Source: Octopus sinensis
Taxonomy: Eukaryota
Length of the DNA stretch: 10,391 bases
Assembly (NCBI RefSeq): GCF_006345805.1
Contig: NW_021827346.1
Coordinates: forward strand, 1 to 10,391
Direction of reading: 5' to 3'
Made by a program: the position numbers and the translations under genes. The notes beneath the pieces were generated by a model, which worked only from the letters and a program-made list of their open reading frames with translations, was not told the DNA's origin and made no database searches. Below, in pieces: positions 7,624 to 10,391 of this stretch (position 1 is the stretch's first letter; every line of letters starts with the position of its first letter).

Positions 7624-7946
7624 TGGTCCTCCGTCGGTTACCATGACGTGTACTCCAGTTGATCCGATCAACGAACAGCTTGGTCGTGAAATTAACGAGC
7701 AAGTGGCTGAGGACTCCGCAGACACGCGTTCATTAAACGTAATTCCCAGCGAGATGCAGCGTGATACAGAGTGTGACAAGGCTGGCCTTTTGAATTACAG
7801 CTACTACACGCTTTTGCCAGATGAATGGACTGAAATAATATGAAAAAAAGCTTCTTGTTCAAGGACACAACGTGCCACCCGGATTCGAACTCAGAGTCTT
7901 ACGATTGTAGGTCGAATACCCTAACCACTAAGCCACGCACCTTCAC
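7624..7946 (-). mobile_element. full-length tRNA-derived SINE with Meta/V-like central segment
   Basis: The minus strand reads GTGAAGGTGCGTGGCTTAGTGGTTAGGGTATTCGACC...GAGTTCGAATCCGGGTGGCACGTTGTGTCCTTGAACAAG. The A box is at 7925-7935 and the B box at 7881-7892. The body ends near ...GTAACCGACGGAGGACCA. The domain name is from recalled consensus. Confidence 0.8.
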
Positions 7947-8018
7947 TACTGTAGTTAAGAGTTTCTCTATGCAATCACGTCCTACCAGAGGCGAACATAT
8001 TGCGCGCTGCTTTAGGTA

Positions 8019-8927
8019 CCGTATATACTCGTGTAATAGTCGATCTCATGTAAAAGTCGACCCCTATTTTGGGGCCAAAAATTTGGAATTTTCCATAGAA
8101 CGCATATAAAAATCGACCCTAGTATTTCACGAATAAGAGGACGACATTTGTGGGTCAAGGTACCGTAGAAATAACATTGTTACAAAATTGTGTGTCTACT
8201 TTACTGTAGCCTGCTCTATAGGTGGAATGCTCGGTTCTTATAGTAAAACACCTTTTAATAGCGAGTACCACACATCTGGTGATGGGTGCTACATCACTTT
8301 TACTAAACTGTATGCACAGGATATGCTGCAAGCCTGCATACATTTGCAAGCACAATAAACACATATGTAATACACTCGTTGTTTACATGGAGAGAAACGC
8401 GTTTCACAGACAGCATTATTGGCAAGCACTGGCAAACGCCACTGTCTGATTTCATAGAAAAGCAGGACTTTGGTAAGTCTAAAAACATTCAACTAATCGC
8501 TAGACTAGTGGTTCGCATGTGACATTTATGTTTTCCTCATCTCCTAATACAATAAACACATGCGTCATACACTCGTCTATTTACATAATGTGAAACGCGT
8601 TTCACAGACAGCACTATTGGCAAACACTGGCAAACGCCACTGTCTGAATTCTTAGAAAGACATGACTTCGGTAAGCCTAAAAACATTCATTTAATCGCTA
8701 GATCAATGGTCCTCATGTGACATTTATATTTTACTAGAACGTGTGTCTTGATGTATAGAATTGGTAATATTACTGTAATTCATTGTGTTTTATTCACTTA
8801 GAGATCAGTTGGGCCTCTGTTGCTGATATGGTAATTCGGATTTTAGCTTGAATTTCAGCCCCTCAAAAGTAGTATCCATGTAATAGTCGACCCCATAAAT
8901 TTGGCCTTAAAAAACAAGTGTATACGG
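8019..8927. mobile_element. Tc2/pogo-like non-autonomous DNA transposon (~910 bp)
   Basis: The left end is TA|CCGTATATACTCGTGT and the right end reverse-complemented is TA|CCGTATACACTTGTTT. Subterminal direct repeats of type TAA(T/A)AGTCGACCCC occur at about 8035, 8051, 8107 and 8881. Confidence 0.7.
8352..8732 (+). repeat. 197-bp tandem duplication inside the Tc2-like element
   Basis: Units start at 8352 and 8549 (acaataaacaca...) and align through gtgacattta..tttt with scattered substitutions. Confidence 0.9.
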
Positions 8928-9042
8928 TAAGTGTTCACTGTTGAAGGTTTATGCAGAATAAACATTTTTTGTAGTTTTTGGTAACGAAAATTGGGAAGAA
9001 ACTCGTATTGTGTGTTTATCTTTTGCATTTTAGCGCTTTAAT

Positions 9043-9258
9043 CTTTTACTTGTTTCAGTCACTGGACTACGGCCATGCTGGGGCACCACATTGAAGGGTT
9101 TTAAATTACCAAATCGGTCCCAGTAATTATGTTCTGTTTTTAAAGTCATGCTTATTCTATCGGTCTTTTTCTAGAGATGTAACCAAACCAACCCCAGTTG
9201 CCCAGTGAAAAATAAACACACACACACACACGCACACACACACACACACACACGCACG

Positions 9259-9310
<52 letters not shown>

Positions 9311-9335
9311 CACTCAAACACACACAAACGCACAC
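9043..9335 (-). mobile_element. 3' half of the CORE-like SINE family plus its (GT)n linker
   Basis: The tail tcttttacttgtttcagtcactggactacggccatgctggggcacc matches 6586-6630 and 4160-4217. A (CA)n tract lies at 9216-9335 and the head is absent. Confidence 0.75.
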
Positions 9336-9597
9336 GTTGATCGCGACTAAAGCAGTATTAATTCCAAAAAGTTAATATTTATCACCCACTTCACTTGGAT
9401 GTTGTGTTAGAACACAGAATACTGCACTATTTACCACGAGAGAACATTTCATATAGACCCGTTGTTCATAAAATCACTCCTGGCTTTTGTATTGTTGACG
9501 GACAATAACCACCAGATCACGAGATTTAGCCCTTGTCAGTTTTGTCAATGGCAGACGTCCAGCGGATACAGAGTAGCCGATACCCACGTCAACGATA

Positions 9598-10349
9598 CCG
9601 TAAATCCTCGAGTATAGTCCGCCCTTGAGTATAATACGCACTCTTCTCTAACTTGAGTCAAGGAGGTCTATATAACGTTATTGGTTTGTAAAAATGTATA
9701 CGGTAACGTCCTTCAGCATATGATATAACTTCAAGTTTAAACACAGTTGAATAAGATCTACGAAGCATTTTTTGGGCATGTAATGTATAAAATGTTTTAT
9801 TGGAGATTAATGCAGAAGTTTAAGTCCCGCCTATAAATTACCCTAGTAAAGACCCACAGTAGTTCAAACATTTAATACTGGTATTTAATTAAGTATCTAT
9901 TGTTTGCCAATACAAACAGCAGGATGAACTATTTAGCGCTAAAATATTAAGCACAATTCGTGCGTAATTAAGCCAGCAGCACCAAGTCGAACAAACACTT
10001 CCGCGCATGCGTAATACAATAATGGTGATGTTCTTAACTATTATATAGGAATGTAACTATGTTTGCAAATTGTTTTCGTTACATGTTATTCTGTGTTCTG
10101 AATAAATGTTGCTTACTGCAAGTTTTGGATGAATTTTTTATGACTTCATTGCTTTCAGGCTTAGCTTAAGGTATTTTCGCGACCGACATCACAAAATGCG
10201 TCTGAATAAACATTGCCGGACAGCAAATAGAGACTCGGGCATTGCTTAGAAAATATTTTTCATTTTTAACCTCATATATAGTACGCACTAGGGATTTTAA
10301 CCTTTAAATTTTGGGGAAAAAATGCGGATTATACTCGAGGATTTAATGG
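9598..10349. mobile_element. second Tc2/pogo-like MITE (~750 bp), a different family from 8019-8927
   Basis: The left TIR is TA|CCGTAAATCCTCGAGTATAGTCCGC (9598-9622). The right TIR reverse-complemented is CCATTAAATCCTCGAGTATAATCCGC (10324-10349). A subterminal direct repeat occurs as gtataatacgcact (~9629-9642) and atatagtacgcact (~10276-10289). Confidence 0.8.
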
Positions 10350-10391
10350 ATATAGAATATCAATGTCTATTCAGATACCAATGTTGCAAAA

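Noticed and set aside
1-7946. tRNA-like heads at 71-138, 1947-2010, 7150-7214 and 7881-7946 as real tRNA genes
   Set aside because: A and B boxes are present, but acceptor and anticodon stems do not pair properly and each continues into a SINE body.
8394-8606. GAAACGCGTT resembles the 3' half of a minimal hammerhead (GAAA-CGCG-UH)
   Set aside because: There is no CUGANGA or compensatory variant and no stem II upstream on either strand.
9417-9597. stop-free plus-strand frame of about 60 codons before the second Tc2-like MITE
   Set aside because: It has no ATG, convincing splice sites or recognisable motif, and its length is within chance expectation.

Overview
AT-rich, repeat-dense eukaryotic non-coding DNA with no intact host gene or intact transposon ORF. 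The SINE families and compound microsatellites look like those of a coleoid cephalopod, probably Octopus; this is inference from recalled repeat families, not a database search. Contents: tRNA-derived SINEs of four types (several fragmentary), a 5'-truncated decayed CR1/L2-group LINE (2046-3522, minus), a DD41D/rosa-like Tc1/mariner remnant folded into an inverted duplication (1119-1788), three MITEs (one mariner-like, two Tc2/pogo-like), many microsatellites and one weak exon candidate. The most unusual object is a ~280-bp element at 6195-6475. It is a near-perfect ~85-bp inverted repeat whose 53-nt spacer, read on the minus strand, folds as a minimal type I hammerhead ribozyme with a compensatory G3:C8 core (GUGAACA instead of CUGANGA). 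This suggests a non-autonomous, self-cleaving hairpin element related to Penelope-like retroelements. All alignments and folds were done by eye and ribozyme activity is untested.
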